Position numbers and translations under genes: made by a program. Of a DNA stretch of 64,000 nt, positions 11,685 through 20,941 are shown one piece after another. Origin of the DNA: an uncultured Candidatus Rokubacteria bacterium (GTDB taxonomy: Bacteria; Methylomirabilota; Methylomirabilia; Rokubacteriales; CSP1-6); NCBI GenBank assembly GCA_963789955.1, contig CAWBMV010000034.1, forward strand, positions 544,001-608,000, read 5' to 3'. Positions within the stretch are counted from its first letter, which is position 1. Each line of letters starts with the position of its first letter. The notes under the pieces are model-generated. The model did no database searches. It worked only from the letters and a program-made list of their open reading frames with translations, and was not told the DNA's origin.

Positions 11685-13592
11685 ATGTTCAAGCACATCT
11701 GCGTACCGGTGGACAACTCGGACTGCTCGAACCGCGCGATCGACCTGGCGGTCGAGCTCGGCCGATCGTTCGGCGCCCGACTCACGGGCGTGCACGTGTA
11801 CGCGGCGCGGCTGCACGACTACCGGTTCAAGCAGATGGAGTACACGCTGCCCGAGGAGTACAAGGACGAGAACGAGCTCGAGCGCCAGCGCAAGATCCAC
11901 GACTCGCTCATCGCGATGGGCCTGCAGCTCATCTCGGAGTCGTATCTGGACGTGATGGCGAAGAAGGCCGTCGAGGCCGGGCTCGACTTCGAGCCCAAGA
12001 TGATCGACGGCAAGCACTACAAGGTCCTGATCGAGGACACGCTCGCCTCCGACTACGATCTGGTCGTCATGGGTGCCCTCGGCATGGGCGCGGTGAAGGA
12101 CAGCCAGATCGGCTCGGTCACCGAGCGCTTCGTCCGCCGGGTGAGCCGCGACACGTTAATTGTCCGGAACGCCGATGCGCTGAAGGATCGGGAGGGCGCG
12201 ATCGTCGTCTGCCTCGACGGCTCGCCGCAGTCGTTCAACGGCCTGAAGCTCGGCATCGCGCTCGCGGCGGCGCTCCACCGGCCGCTGCAGGCCGTCGCCG
12301 TCTACGACCCGTACCTGCACTACGCGATGTTCAACGGCATCGTCGGTGTGCTGAACGAGAAGGCGTCGAAGATCTTCCGCTTCAAGGAGCAGGAGCAGCT
12401 GCACGAGGAGATCATCGACACCGGGCTCGCCAAGATCTACCAGTCGCACCTCGAGATCGGCCGCAAGCTCGCCGCCGACGCGGGGGTCGAGCTGGCCATC
12501 ACCTTGCTCGACGGCAAGTGCTTCGAGAAGATCCTGACGTTCGCCCGCAAGGAGCAGCCGTGGCTGCTCATCCTCGGACGGGTCGGGGTGCACTCGGACG
12601 AGCACGAGACCGATCTCGGCTCCAACACCGAGAACATCATGCGGCTGGCGCCGTGCAACGTGCTCCTGACCGGCGGCAAGTTCTACCCGCCGCTCGACGT
12701 GAAGGCCGAGGAGATCATCTCGTGGACCGAGGAGGCGGAGGCGCGGATGGAGCGGGTGCCGCCCCAGGTCAAGGGTGTCGCCCGGACCGCGCTCCTGCGC
12801 TACGCGATCGAGCAGGGGCACACCGTCATCACCAACAAGGTGATCGACGAGGCGATGGCGATCTTCATGCCGACGCGGATGGCCGAGCGGATGCAGATCC
12901 TGGCCGAGGACGTCGCGGTGGCCAAGCTGCGCACCGAGTCCCAGCCGGCGACGGCGATCTGCTCGATCTGCGGCTACACGGTCAAGGGACCGAACCCGGT
13001 CGTCACGTGTCCGGTCTGCAAGGCCGCCCCCGACAAGTTCCAGATCATCTCGAAGGAAGCGGTGGAAGCGATCGCGACTCAGGAAGGCGGCGTCGAGTCC
13101 GAGGAGTCGATGCCGGGCGTGCAGGTGAAGTGGTCGGCCGAGGCGCGCGACGCGCTGCGCGAGGTCACCGACGCCTATCTGCGGCGCCGCGCGAAGGCGC
13201 GGGTCGAGAAGTACGCCCGCTCGCGGAAGATCCCGGTCATCACCTGCCAGCTCGCGTTGCCGATGATCGAGGAAACGGTCGGCCGTGAGAAGCTCGGCGC
13301 CGGCTGGGACACGTTGCTCGCCAGGACGAAGTTCGAGCCGGCCGACATGCCCGCGGTCCCGTCGAGCGAGGCCGGCACCGGCTTCGGCTGGACCGAGGAC
13401 GCGACCGCGCGGCTCAATCGCGTGCCGGCCGGATTCATGCGCGACATGACGCGCGAGGAAGTGGAGCGTGTGGCGTCCTCCAAGGGCGTGACCGTCATCG
13501 ATCTCGCCGTCTGCGAGGAGGGGATCGGGCACGCTCGCGAGACCATGAACGAGGTGATCGCCGGGTACGTATCGAATAAGAAACCGCGATAA
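11685..13592 (+). CDS. Tandem universal stress protein domains fused to a rubredoxin-like domain and three PCP_red-like (BchB/ChlB C-terminal) domains
   Basis: MFKHICVPVDNS..DLVVMGALG..GSVTERFV; second USP IVVCLDGS..GSNTENIMRLAPC; CSICGY..CPVC; three W[T/S]xEA..L..VP helical repeats. Confidence 0.85.
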   Translation: MFKHICVPVDNSDCSNRAIDLAVELGRSFGARLTGVHVYAARLHDYRFKQMEYTLPEEYKDENELERQRKIHDSLIAMGLQLISESYLDVMAKKAVEAGLDFEPKMIDGKHYKVLIEDTLASDYDLVVMGALGMGAVKDSQIGSVTERFVRRVSRDTLIVRNADALKDREGAIVVCLDGSPQSFNGLKLGIALAAALHRPLQAVAVYDPYLHYAMFNGIVGVLNEKASKIFRFKEQEQLHEEIIDTGLAKIYQSHLEIGRKLAADAGVELAITLLDGKCFEKILTFARKEQPWLLILGRVGVHSDEHETDLGSNTENIMRLAPCNVLLTGGKFYPPLDVKAEEIISWTEEAEARMERVPPQVKGVARTALLRYAIEQGHTVITNKVIDEAMAIFMPTRMAERMQILAEDVAVAKLRTESQPATAICSICGYTVKGPNPVVTCPVCKAAPDKFQIISKEAVEAIATQEGGVESEESMPGVQVKWSAEARDALREVTDAYLRRRAKARVEKYARSRKIPVITCQLALPMIEETVGREKLGAGWDTLLARTKFEPADMPAVPSSEAGTGFGWTEDATARLNRVPAGFMRDMTREEVERVASSKGVTVIDLAVCEEGIGHARETMNEVIAGYVSNKKPR

Positions 13593-13728
13593 GCGCGGGC
13601 GAGGGGGTGGGGTGCCTCCCCGGCGCCGACTGCTTACCTTCGGGTGCGGTTGGTCTCCATGTTCCGCGTGACTGCGACCGCTGCCTACACGGCGCCGGGG
13701 AGGCACCCCCACCCCCTCGCCCGCGCTT
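13591..13728. repeat. Long near-perfect inverted repeat (38/39-nt arms, 61-nt spacer)
   Basis: 13591-13628 is the reverse complement of 13690-13728 apart from one G in a homopolymer run. Confidence 0.85.
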
Positions 13729-13778
13729 CCATGGATCCCGCGCGCTGCGCCCGCGTCTTCGACCACGGGTCGCGCCGT

Positions 13779-15212
13779 ATGACCGATACCTCGATCTCCG
13801 CGCGCCACGCGGAGCCCGCCTTGCCTGCGAACGTGGCTCGGCGGCGGCCGTATACGGCGTATTCCGTGTCGTGGAATTTGACGCAGCGGTGCAATCTCGA
13901 GTGCGCGCATTGTTATATGTCGGCGTTCGCGGGGGCCGATACGCGCGGCGAGCTTTCGACCGACGAGTGCCGGCGGGTGATGGACGAGATCGCGCTCGTC
14001 AATCCCAATGTCTTCCTGATTCTGACCGGGGGAGAGCCGCTGCTTCGAAAGGACATCTGGGAGATCGCGGGCTATGCCGCGGAGAAGCGATTCACGACGG
14101 TGCTCGGGACGAACGGCGTGCTCCTGCGCGAGCGCGAGGCGAAGGCGATGCGGACGCACGGCGTCCTCGGCGCCTCGATCAGCCTCGACTCGACCGACCG
14201 CGCCAAGCACGACGCGTTTCGGCACCTTCCGGGCTCCTGGGACGGCGCGGTGCGCGCCACGCGTGTCCTGACCGACGCCGGACTCGATTTCTCGCTCCAC
14301 ATGTCGGTGACCGACTGGAACGTGGGTGAGGTGCCCGCGATGATCGATCTGGCGCGGCAGCTCGGCGCCAAGGTGCTGAACTTCTTCTTCCTGGTCAGGA
14401 CGGGACGCGGCCAGAACCTCACCGACATCGACCCGGCGGCCTACGAGCGCATCCTGAACTATCTCGCCCGGGTTCAGGGTGTCGGCGGCGGACCGCCGTC
14501 GTTCGTGCGGTCATTGCTCGGAATGGGCGAGCGACGCCCGGCGGGCGGCTCGCAGGGGTTCGAGGATCCCTGGTCGACACCGGTCGGGCGGAGCGACGGA
14601 CTCCTGATCCGCGCGAAGTGCGCGCCGCACTTTCGCCGGGTCCTCTACGAGCTGAATCCGTCGTCGCCGCTGCTCCGCAACTACGCGCACGGCTCGTGTC
14701 CGGCCGGCAAGTACTACTGTCGCATCACGCCCGAGGGCGACGTGACGCCGTGCCCGTACATGCCGGTCACCGCCGGCAACCTGCGCCAGCACTCCTTCGC
14801 CGACCTCTGGCGCGGCGCGCCGGTGTTCGCCGACCTGCGCGATCCGAAGCTCGGCGGACGATGCGGCGCCTGCGAGTTCTCGAAGATCTGCGGGGGATGC
14901 CGCTGCCGCGCTTACGCGACGCACGGCGACTACCTCGCCGAGGATCCGGCGTGCGGCTACCAGCCGGGCGGGCACGGCGGCGCCTTGATCGATCTGCCGG
15001 CCTCGCTCACGTTCGGGCTGCCGATCGACTACCAGCTCGTGTGGGACGAGGACGCGCGCGCGCGCCTGCAGGCCATTCCGTCGTTCGCGCGGGGGATGGT
15101 CATCAAGGCGGTCGAAGCCTACGCGCGCGGGCGGGGCGACACGACGATCACGAAGGAGCTGCTCGCGGACGTGCGCTCGAAGTGGGGCTCGCGCTTCCGC
15201 GCCTCGTCCTGA
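13779..15212 (+). CDS. Radical SAM/SPASM protein (NirJ/AhbC/AhbD-like) with C-terminal PCP_red-like domain
   Basis: WNLTQRCNLECAHC, TGGEPLLR, SPASM CPAG..GDVTPCPY..CGACEFSKICGGCRCRAY..EDPAC, then WDEDARARLQAIPSFARGMVIKAVEAYA. Confidence 0.9.
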   Translation: MTDTSISARHAEPALPANVARRRPYTAYSVSWNLTQRCNLECAHCYMSAFAGADTRGELSTDECRRVMDEIALVNPNVFLILTGGEPLLRKDIWEIAGYAAEKRFTTVLGTNGVLLREREAKAMRTHGVLGASISLDSTDRAKHDAFRHLPGSWDGAVRATRVLTDAGLDFSLHMSVTDWNVGEVPAMIDLARQLGAKVLNFFFLVRTGRGQNLTDIDPAAYERILNYLARVQGVGGGPPSFVRSLLGMGERRPAGGSQGFEDPWSTPVGRSDGLLIRAKCAPHFRRVLYELNPSSPLLRNYAHGSCPAGKYYCRITPEGDVTPCPYMPVTAGNLRQHSFADLWRGAPVFADLRDPKLGGRCGACEFSKICGGCRCRAYATHGDYLAEDPACGYQPGGHGGALIDLPASLTFGLPIDYQLVWDEDARARLQAIPSFARGMVIKAVEAYARGRGDTTITKELLADVRSKWGSRFRASS

Positions 15213-15637
15213 TGGATCGGTTCCGCCTCGCGTCCCGCGCGTATCTGGTCTATGGCGTGGTCTACTGGATCGGCGGGCTCTATCTCGCCACGCAGGGCGT
15301 GGGCGTCCGCGGCGGACGCATGATGCAGGCGGGTGTCGCGTGGATCGTCATCGGACTGGTGCTGGTGGCGGCGATCCCGTATCTGCTCGCTCGGCGTCGA
15401 GCGTGGTTCGAGCGCTGGATCCTCTCGCGCCGCGACTTCGCGCGCGTGCTGACGGCGTTCATGGCCTTTCGGGCCTGGCACGTGCTGAGGGTGGCGCTCC
15501 GCCCGGAGACCGCGAGTATCGCGGCGCCCTGGGGCGGCGAGATCACCTTCCGTGCCGGCGCGATCGTCTTCCTGATCGTCACCGTGACCGCGCTGCTCCT
15601 GATCGGACGCGCGGCCTGGGCGAAGGAGGCTCCGTGA
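15212..15637 (+). CDS. Hypothetical membrane protein (4 TM)
   Basis: MDRFRLASRAYLVYGVVYWIGG...; overlaps the neighbouring stop and start. Confidence 0.7.
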   Translation: MDRFRLASRAYLVYGVVYWIGGLYLATQGVGVRGGRMMQAGVAWIVIGLVLVAAIPYLLARRRAWFERWILSRRDFARVLTAFMAFRAWHVLRVALRPETASIAAPWGGEITFRAGAIVFLIVTVTALLLIGRAAWAKEAP

Positions 15638-16579
15638 AGCGCTACAAGGACATCGCCGGCGACGGCGGCTCGAACATCGCGGGCCAGGTCGAGGCCCAGC
15701 AGGGCCGGCTGAAGAAGCGGCTCGAGTCGGTCCGGGCAATCGTCGCGATCGTCTCCGGCAAGGGCGGTGTGGGAAAATCGACGCTCACGGCGAGCCTGGC
15801 CTGCGCCTTCGCCCTCGACGGCTCGAAGGTCGGCGTGCTCGACGCGGATCTCAACGGCCCGACGCAGGCCAAGGTCCTGGGCGTGCGCGGCCGGCGCCTG
15901 GTCATCGCCGACGGTGTCGTCGAGCCGCCGGCCACGGACCTGGGCGTGAAGGTGATGTCGATGGACCTGCTGCTGCCGACCGACGCCGCGCCGCTCACCT
16001 GGGATGCGCCGGTGCAGGACGAGGCGCACACGTGGCGCGGCGCCATGGAGGCGAATGCGCTCCGCGAGTTCCTGGCGGACACCGAACTGGGGCACGCTCG
16101 ACCTCTTGCTGCTCGATCTGCCGCCCGGCACCGACCGGCTCGCGACGATCGCGTCGCTCGTCCCGACGCTCTCGGGAATCGTGGTCGTGACGATCCCGTC
16201 CGACGTGTCGCATCTGGTGGTGAGACGATCGATCACGGTGGCGGCCAACACGCGGGCGCCGGTGCTCGGGCTGGTCGAGAACATGTCCGGCCTCTTCGTG
16301 GGGCCCGACGCCTCCAGGCTCGCCGCGGACGCCGGGATCCCCTTCCTCGGCAGCGTGCCGTTCGATCGGGCGCTCGCCGTCGCCGGCGATCAGGGCGATC
16401 CGTTCGTCGCCAGCGCGCCGGAGCGCATGGCCGCGATGGCTCTCAGGCGAATTGCCGAGGGAATCCGCAGCCGCGCTGGCCCCGCGGCCGGTGTGATCGC
16501 GGTCGGACAAAGAAATCGGCCCCGGACAGAGCCGGGGCCGAGGCGTATCCGCGAGAGAGTTTTCTCTACTGGCAGTTGA
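15634..16579 (+). CDS. Mrp/ApbC/Nbp35-family P-loop ATPase (frameshift near 16090)
   Basis: SGKGGVGKST, DADLNGP, VMSM, WRG, DLPPGTD, VENMS. Confidence 0.85.
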
Positions 16580-17261
16580 TCTTCGGATCCGGGGTGTAGC
16601 CGGCCACCTTGTACGTCAGCACGAAGTCGTCAGCCCACGCCTTCGGCTTGATCTGGCCGAGCTTGGTCTCGCCGTCCCACGCGATGACGTGCGAGCCTTC
16701 GGCGAGCTGCGCGACGCTGGCCTTCCCGCGCAGATAGTCGACGACCACCGACTTCGGAACGAACACGGCGGCAGTCTCCATGACCGCCTGCTGCCCGCTC
16801 GCGGGCTCGGCCTTCAGCCAGCTCGCGATCACGGTGAAGCCCTCGAGGTTGGGCTCCTTGATCAGATCGTTCGTGGCCATCGAGCGCAGGAGGTGCGGGA
16901 CGTAGCGCGAGAACATCGACGAGACTCGGTCCTGGACACTGAGGCGTACGAACTCAGGAGCCGGCTGCTGATCGACGTTGACGTTCAGCGAGAGGTAGCG
17001 AATGTCGCCTTCGATGTGCTTGGGCTTGTAGAAGCCGATTCCTTCCGGCTTCACGTCCAGCCAGGGCATGCAGTGATAGACCTTCGCGTTGAGGTCGCGA
17101 AGAGCTCCCTGATACTTCTGGCCGAGCGCGCGTCCCTTGTCCGAAGTGTACCGGTCGGGCTGAAGCACCCGGTCGGTCGGCGCCTCGGCGGCCGAAGCCG
17201 GGTTGACAAGGAAGGTCAGGGTCGCGGCGGCGGCCATTCCAACGATCGCGCGTCCGAGCAT
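16566..17261 (-). CDS. Exported hypothetical protein
   Basis: Signal peptide ending ASAA, coding-like codon usage, no recognised domain. Confidence 0.75.
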   Translation of the reverse strand: MLGRAIVGMAAAATLTFLVNPASAAEAPTDRVLQPDRYTSDKGRALGQKYQGALRDLNAKVYHCMPWLDVKPEGIGFYKPKHIEGDIRYLSLNVNVDQQPAPEFVRLSVQDRVSSMFSRYVPHLLRSMATNDLIKEPNLEGFTVIASWLKAEPASGQQAVMETAAVFVPKSVVVDYLRGKASVAQLAEGSHVIAWDGETKLGQIKPKAWADDFVLTYKVAGYTPDPKINCQ

Positions 17262-17288
17262 TCGTGTTTTTCATGCGTGACACAGGTG

Positions 17289-17304
17289 GCATGTGTCGTG
17301 CCAG
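17289..17304 (-). promoter_or_regulatory. Candidate sigma-54 promoter (CTGGCACG-ACAC-ATGC)
   Basis: -24 GG and -12 GC separated by 10 nt, one mismatch to TGGCACG-N4-TTGC, 27 nt upstream of the 17261 start. Confidence 0.6.
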
Positions 17305-17423
17305 CCCTGGAGCGTCCCGTAAGCCTTTGGATCTTCGAGAGTCCCGGCGTAGCGCCAGGGATATCCCTGACGCCAAACTGCCCCCCGAACCGTCAAAAGG
17401 TGTCGGTGTGCCCTCAGATGGGC

Positions 17424-17678
17424 TTAACGCTCGAGGATCTGGTCCTGATTGACGGTGACGGCCTTGCCGAACCAGTTCTGGCTCTGAGCCATGGCGACGT
17501 CCTGGCGCGTCACGTTCGGCGAGCCGCCACTGTTCTTCATCGAGAAGTCGAAGTGCTCCTTCGACGCGAAGTGGCTCGTGTTCGACCGCCACGTGTTCCA
17601 CTCCTCGCCCGACGCGCAGCCGCCAGCTAGCAGGAGTGCGGTTCCCATCACGACTGAGCGCCAGTGCTTCCCGTACAT
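17424..17678 (-). CDS. Small lipoprotein
   Basis: Lipobox-like LAGGC, GGAGG RBS. Confidence 0.75.
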   Translation of the reverse strand: MYGKHWRSVVMGTALLLAGGCASGEEWNTWRSNTSHFASKEHFDFSMKNSGGSPNVTRQDVAMAQSQNWFGKAVTVNQDQILER

Positions 17679-17804
17679 GGCCAGACCCTCCTAGGGAGTT
17701 CGGACTGCGCGGTATCCTACAGTCGCTGGGGGAGCAGGTCAATCGGCCGTTCGTGCTAGACTTCCACTTACAACGTCGAGGAGAGGGGACTCGATCGCGA
17801 TCCT

Positions 17805-18689
17805 ATGGACGGCCTGAAACTCCACTCCCGCCCGGCTGGGCTTCGCCGACCGATCCTGATCATGGCGTTCGGCGGCTGGAACGACGCCGCCGAGTCGGCG
17901 ACGACGGCAGTCAAGTACCTGGGCACGTCCTTCCACGCCCAAAAGTTCGCCGAGATCGACCCGGAGGAGTTCTATCACTTCGGCCTTTCCCGACCGTATG
18001 TTCGCTTCAAGCAAGGCTCCGAGACGGAGCGCGAGATCACCTGGCCGACCACCGAGTTCTCGATCGCCCAGACGCCCGAGCTGGCTCGTGATGTCATCGT
18101 CGGGGTGGCCGTCGAGCCTCACCTTCGCTGGAAGACCTACTGCAACCTCGTCCTCGAGCTGGCACGGAGCTGTGACGTCGGCCTGGTCCTGACCCTCGGA
18201 GCGTTGCTCGCCGAGGTGCCCCACACCCGCCCTGTCCGGCTCTCCGGCAGCGCGTCCGACCCGGAGCTCGGCGCCCGCCTCGGGGTCCGTCCGACCCGGT
18301 ACGAGGGGCCGACCGGCATCGTCGGGGTGCTGAACACGATCTGCCGCGAGCAAGGATTCGCCTGGGCCAGCCTCTGGGCCAACGTGCCGCACTATATCTC
18401 GGGCATCGAGAATCCCAAGGCTACCCTGGCCCTCCTCCGCCGGGTCGCCCCGCTCGTGGGCGCCACCTTGGACACGAACGATCTCGACGAGGCCGGCAAG
18501 CAATTCGACACGAACCTGAAAGAGATCGTCGCCCAGAACAACAAGATCGCGAACTACGTCAAGAAGCTCGAGGCGCGCGATACCGAAGAGCCCGCACCGG
18601 GGGCTCCGGGAGGCCAGAGCGATCTTCCGCCGGCGGCCGAGCTGGTCGCCGAAATCGAGCAGTTCCTCCGTCAGCAGCGTCCGGAGTGA
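17805..18689 (+). CDS. PAC2 (proteasome assembly chaperone-like) family protein
   Basis: AFGGWNDAAESAT, IDPEEFY, EPHLRW, TLGALLAEVPHTRP, YEGPTGIVGVL, WANVPHY. Confidence 0.9.
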   Translation: MDGLKLHSRPAGLRRPILIMAFGGWNDAAESATTAVKYLGTSFHAQKFAEIDPEEFYHFGLSRPYVRFKQGSETEREITWPTTEFSIAQTPELARDVIVGVAVEPHLRWKTYCNLVLELARSCDVGLVLTLGALLAEVPHTRPVRLSGSASDPELGARLGVRPTRYEGPTGIVGVLNTICREQGFAWASLWANVPHYISGIENPKATLALLRRVAPLVGATLDTNDLDEAGKQFDTNLKEIVAQNNKIANYVKKLEARDTEEPAPGAPGGQSDLPPAAELVAEIEQFLRQQRPE

Positions 18690-19558
18690 CCTGGGCCGGG
18701 CTCCTTCTCGCCACGCTCGGCCTCCTTTTCACGGCAGAAGCTTCCGCCGCGGCCGAAAAGACCACCGTCGCCTGGCATCCTTCGAAACCACGGGTGGGTG
18801 ACGTCGCCTGGATCCTCGTGCAGGACGTGACCGACACCGGAATCGTCGAGGGCTCGGTCGACGGCAAGCCCCTGACGTTTTTTCCGTACGCGGGCGGTTA
18901 CGCGGCGCTGTTCGGTATCGATCTGGACACGAAGCCCGGCAACCATGCCTGGCGGGTCGGCGTCGTCGAGCCCGGGCGCGAGCCCCGAAGCGCACAGGGA
19001 ATCGTGAAGATCCTCCGCCGTGACTTCCACGTGGAGCGGCTGACCGTGCCGAACACGATGGTCGACCTCGATCCCGAGACCGAGCGCCGCGCGGTCGCCG
19101 AGGGCAAGCAGCTCGCGACGCTCTACCGCACCATCACCCCCGAGCGAATCTGGCGCGGAAAGTTCACGGCGCCGGTGGGCACGACGAAGGCGGGCACCGG
19201 ATTCGGCGCGCGCCGGATCATCAACGGCCAGCCGCGCTCACCCCACTCGGGCAACGACTACTCGGCGCCGAAGGGAACTCCCGTGATCGCGGTGAACGCC
19301 GGCAAGGTCGCTCTCGTCGGCGAGTTCTTCTTCCCGGGGCGGCTCGTCATCCTCGACCACGGCCTCGGACTCTACACCGCCTACTTCCATCTCGACACGA
19401 TCGCGGTCGTCGAAGGTGAGCGCGTCGAGCGCGGACAGACCTTGGGGACGGTGGGAGCGACGGGTCGGGCCACAGGCCCGCACCTGCACTTCGGGGCCCA
19501 GGTGGCCGGGGCGAGAATCGATCCCACGACCCTCCTGGGCCTCTCGCTGATCGACTAA
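18686..19558 (+). CDS. M23 family metallopeptidase
   Basis: HSGNDY, HGLGLYTAYFHL, GRATGPHLH. Confidence 0.92.
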   Translation: MTWAGLLLATLGLLFTAEASAAAEKTTVAWHPSKPRVGDVAWILVQDVTDTGIVEGSVDGKPLTFFPYAGGYAALFGIDLDTKPGNHAWRVGVVEPGREPRSAQGIVKILRRDFHVERLTVPNTMVDLDPETERRAVAEGKQLATLYRTITPERIWRGKFTAPVGTTKAGTGFGARRIINGQPRSPHSGNDYSAPKGTPVIAVNAGKVALVGEFFFPGRLVILDHGLGLYTAYFHLDTIAVVEGERVERGQTLGTVGATGRATGPHLHFGAQVAGARIDPTTLLGLSLID

Positions 19559-19854
19559 CGGCGCCGGCGCGCCTTCGCTTTCTTCTTGCCCTTGCGCTTG
19601 GCGGACGCCTTGGCTTTGGCCTTCGCCTTTTTCTTCGGACGGGCCTTGGCCTTCTTGCGCGCTTTTGCCTTCGCCTTGGGCTTCGGCTTCGCCGCCATCG
19701 GGGCGGCGGGTGCCGGTGGCGCCGGCCGTGGCGGTGCCGGCCGCGGGGGCGCGGGAGCCATCGGGGTCGGCGGCGTCATCGGGGCTGGTGGTGGACTCCA
19801 GGGCTCGGGCTGACCGAACGGGCGTTCCATCGTCTCCTCCATGTTTGTCATCAC
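19555..19854 (-). CDS. Small Pro-rich / Lys-Ala-rich basic protein (histone H1-like tail); true start may be 19830
   Basis: Low-complexity PPAP segment followed by KAKAKARKKAK...; GGAGG upstream of the MERPFGQ start. Confidence 0.6.
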   Translation of the reverse strand: MMTNMEETMERPFGQPEPWSPPPAPMTPPTPMAPAPPRPAPPRPAPPAPAAPMAAKPKPKAKAKARKKAKARPKKKAKAKAKASAKRKGKKKAKARRRR

Positions 19855-19919
19855 GTGGGGACGTTCACTCGCGTAGGTTCTACCCTGCGGTCGACGGCCT
19901 CACGAGCGCAAGAAAGAAA

Positions 19920-20940
19920 TTAAACCGCGATGCGCGCACGCAGCCGCGCGGCGTGCGCGGCGAGCGCCCGATTGGACCAGACGGTGACCGCCGACTGCGC
20001 CAGCAAGGTGCGCACGGCGCCGCGCGAGATCTTGATCGGCGTCTTCACGCTCAAGGGATTCGGATGGGCGGCGAGCTCGCGCCAAGGTACCCAATCCGAT
20101 CATGAGAGGCCACGCGCAGGCCAGCCGCATGCGCCACTCGAGCCGCGGGATCGCGAGCGTGTAGTCCCAGGCGACGTTGTAGTGCTCGAGCGCCAGCCCG
20201 ACCAGCCGCCGATACAGCGGCAGCGCGCGGGCCGCGCCCGCGGGCTCGAGCAGGTCGCGCGGTCCCAGCCCCAGGGCGGCCAGCTCGCGCGCCGGCAGGT
20301 AGCACCGGCCATGGGCGAGATCGCCCGGCACGTCGCGCAGGACGTTGGTGAGCTGCAGCGCCTTGCCGAAGCTGACGCCCTCCTCGCTCATCTCGCGAAG
20401 GGCCCAGTCGCCGAGCCGTTTGCGATGCGTCACGTGGAGCACCGTCCAGAACGGCCCGACGCAGCCGGCCACCATGTAGATGTAGTGATCGAGCTCCTCG
20501 AGTGTCTCGATCGCGGCCAGCCCGTTTTCGTCCTCGCCGGGGAAGCGCGTCAGGTCGAAGATCATCCCCGACGTCAACGTGGCCAGCACCGCCCGGACCT
20601 CGTGACGGTCGGTCGGCGTCAGGGCCTCGAGTCGAGCGAGCGCCTCGGGGAGCCGCTCGAGCAGCCGCCGCTCGGCCGCGTGGGTCTGGTGGGGCGCGCA
20701 CGCGCGAGCGACCCCGGCGACGTCGGCCGGCTCCCCACCGCAGGCCCGCCGCACCGTTTCCAGGTGGGTCAGGCGGTCCTTGCGCGCGACGAGCTTGGTG
20801 TCGGTGATGGTGTCGGCCGCGCGAGCCAGCAGATAGGCCAGGCCGATCGGCTCGCGCAGGGCGCTCGGAAGGACGGCAAGAGAAAGGTAGAAGCTTCGGC
20901 TGACCTGCCGCAGGAGATTGCCCAGCAGGTCGCCGCTCAT
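19920..20940 (-). CDS. Squalene/phytoene synthase family protein (frameshift near 20080)
   Basis: VSRSFYLSL, YLLARAADTITD, YIYMVAGCVG, GKALQLTNVLRDVPGD..GRCYLP. Confidence 0.88.
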
Positions 20941-20941
20941 G

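Noticed and set aside
11685..15212. Photosynthesis (DPOR) or a RiPP cluster inferred from PCP_red-like and SPASM domains
   Set aside because: No bch/chl genes, and no precursor peptide or RRE/PqqD domain is visible. The enzyme looks closer to the NirJ/Ahb type.
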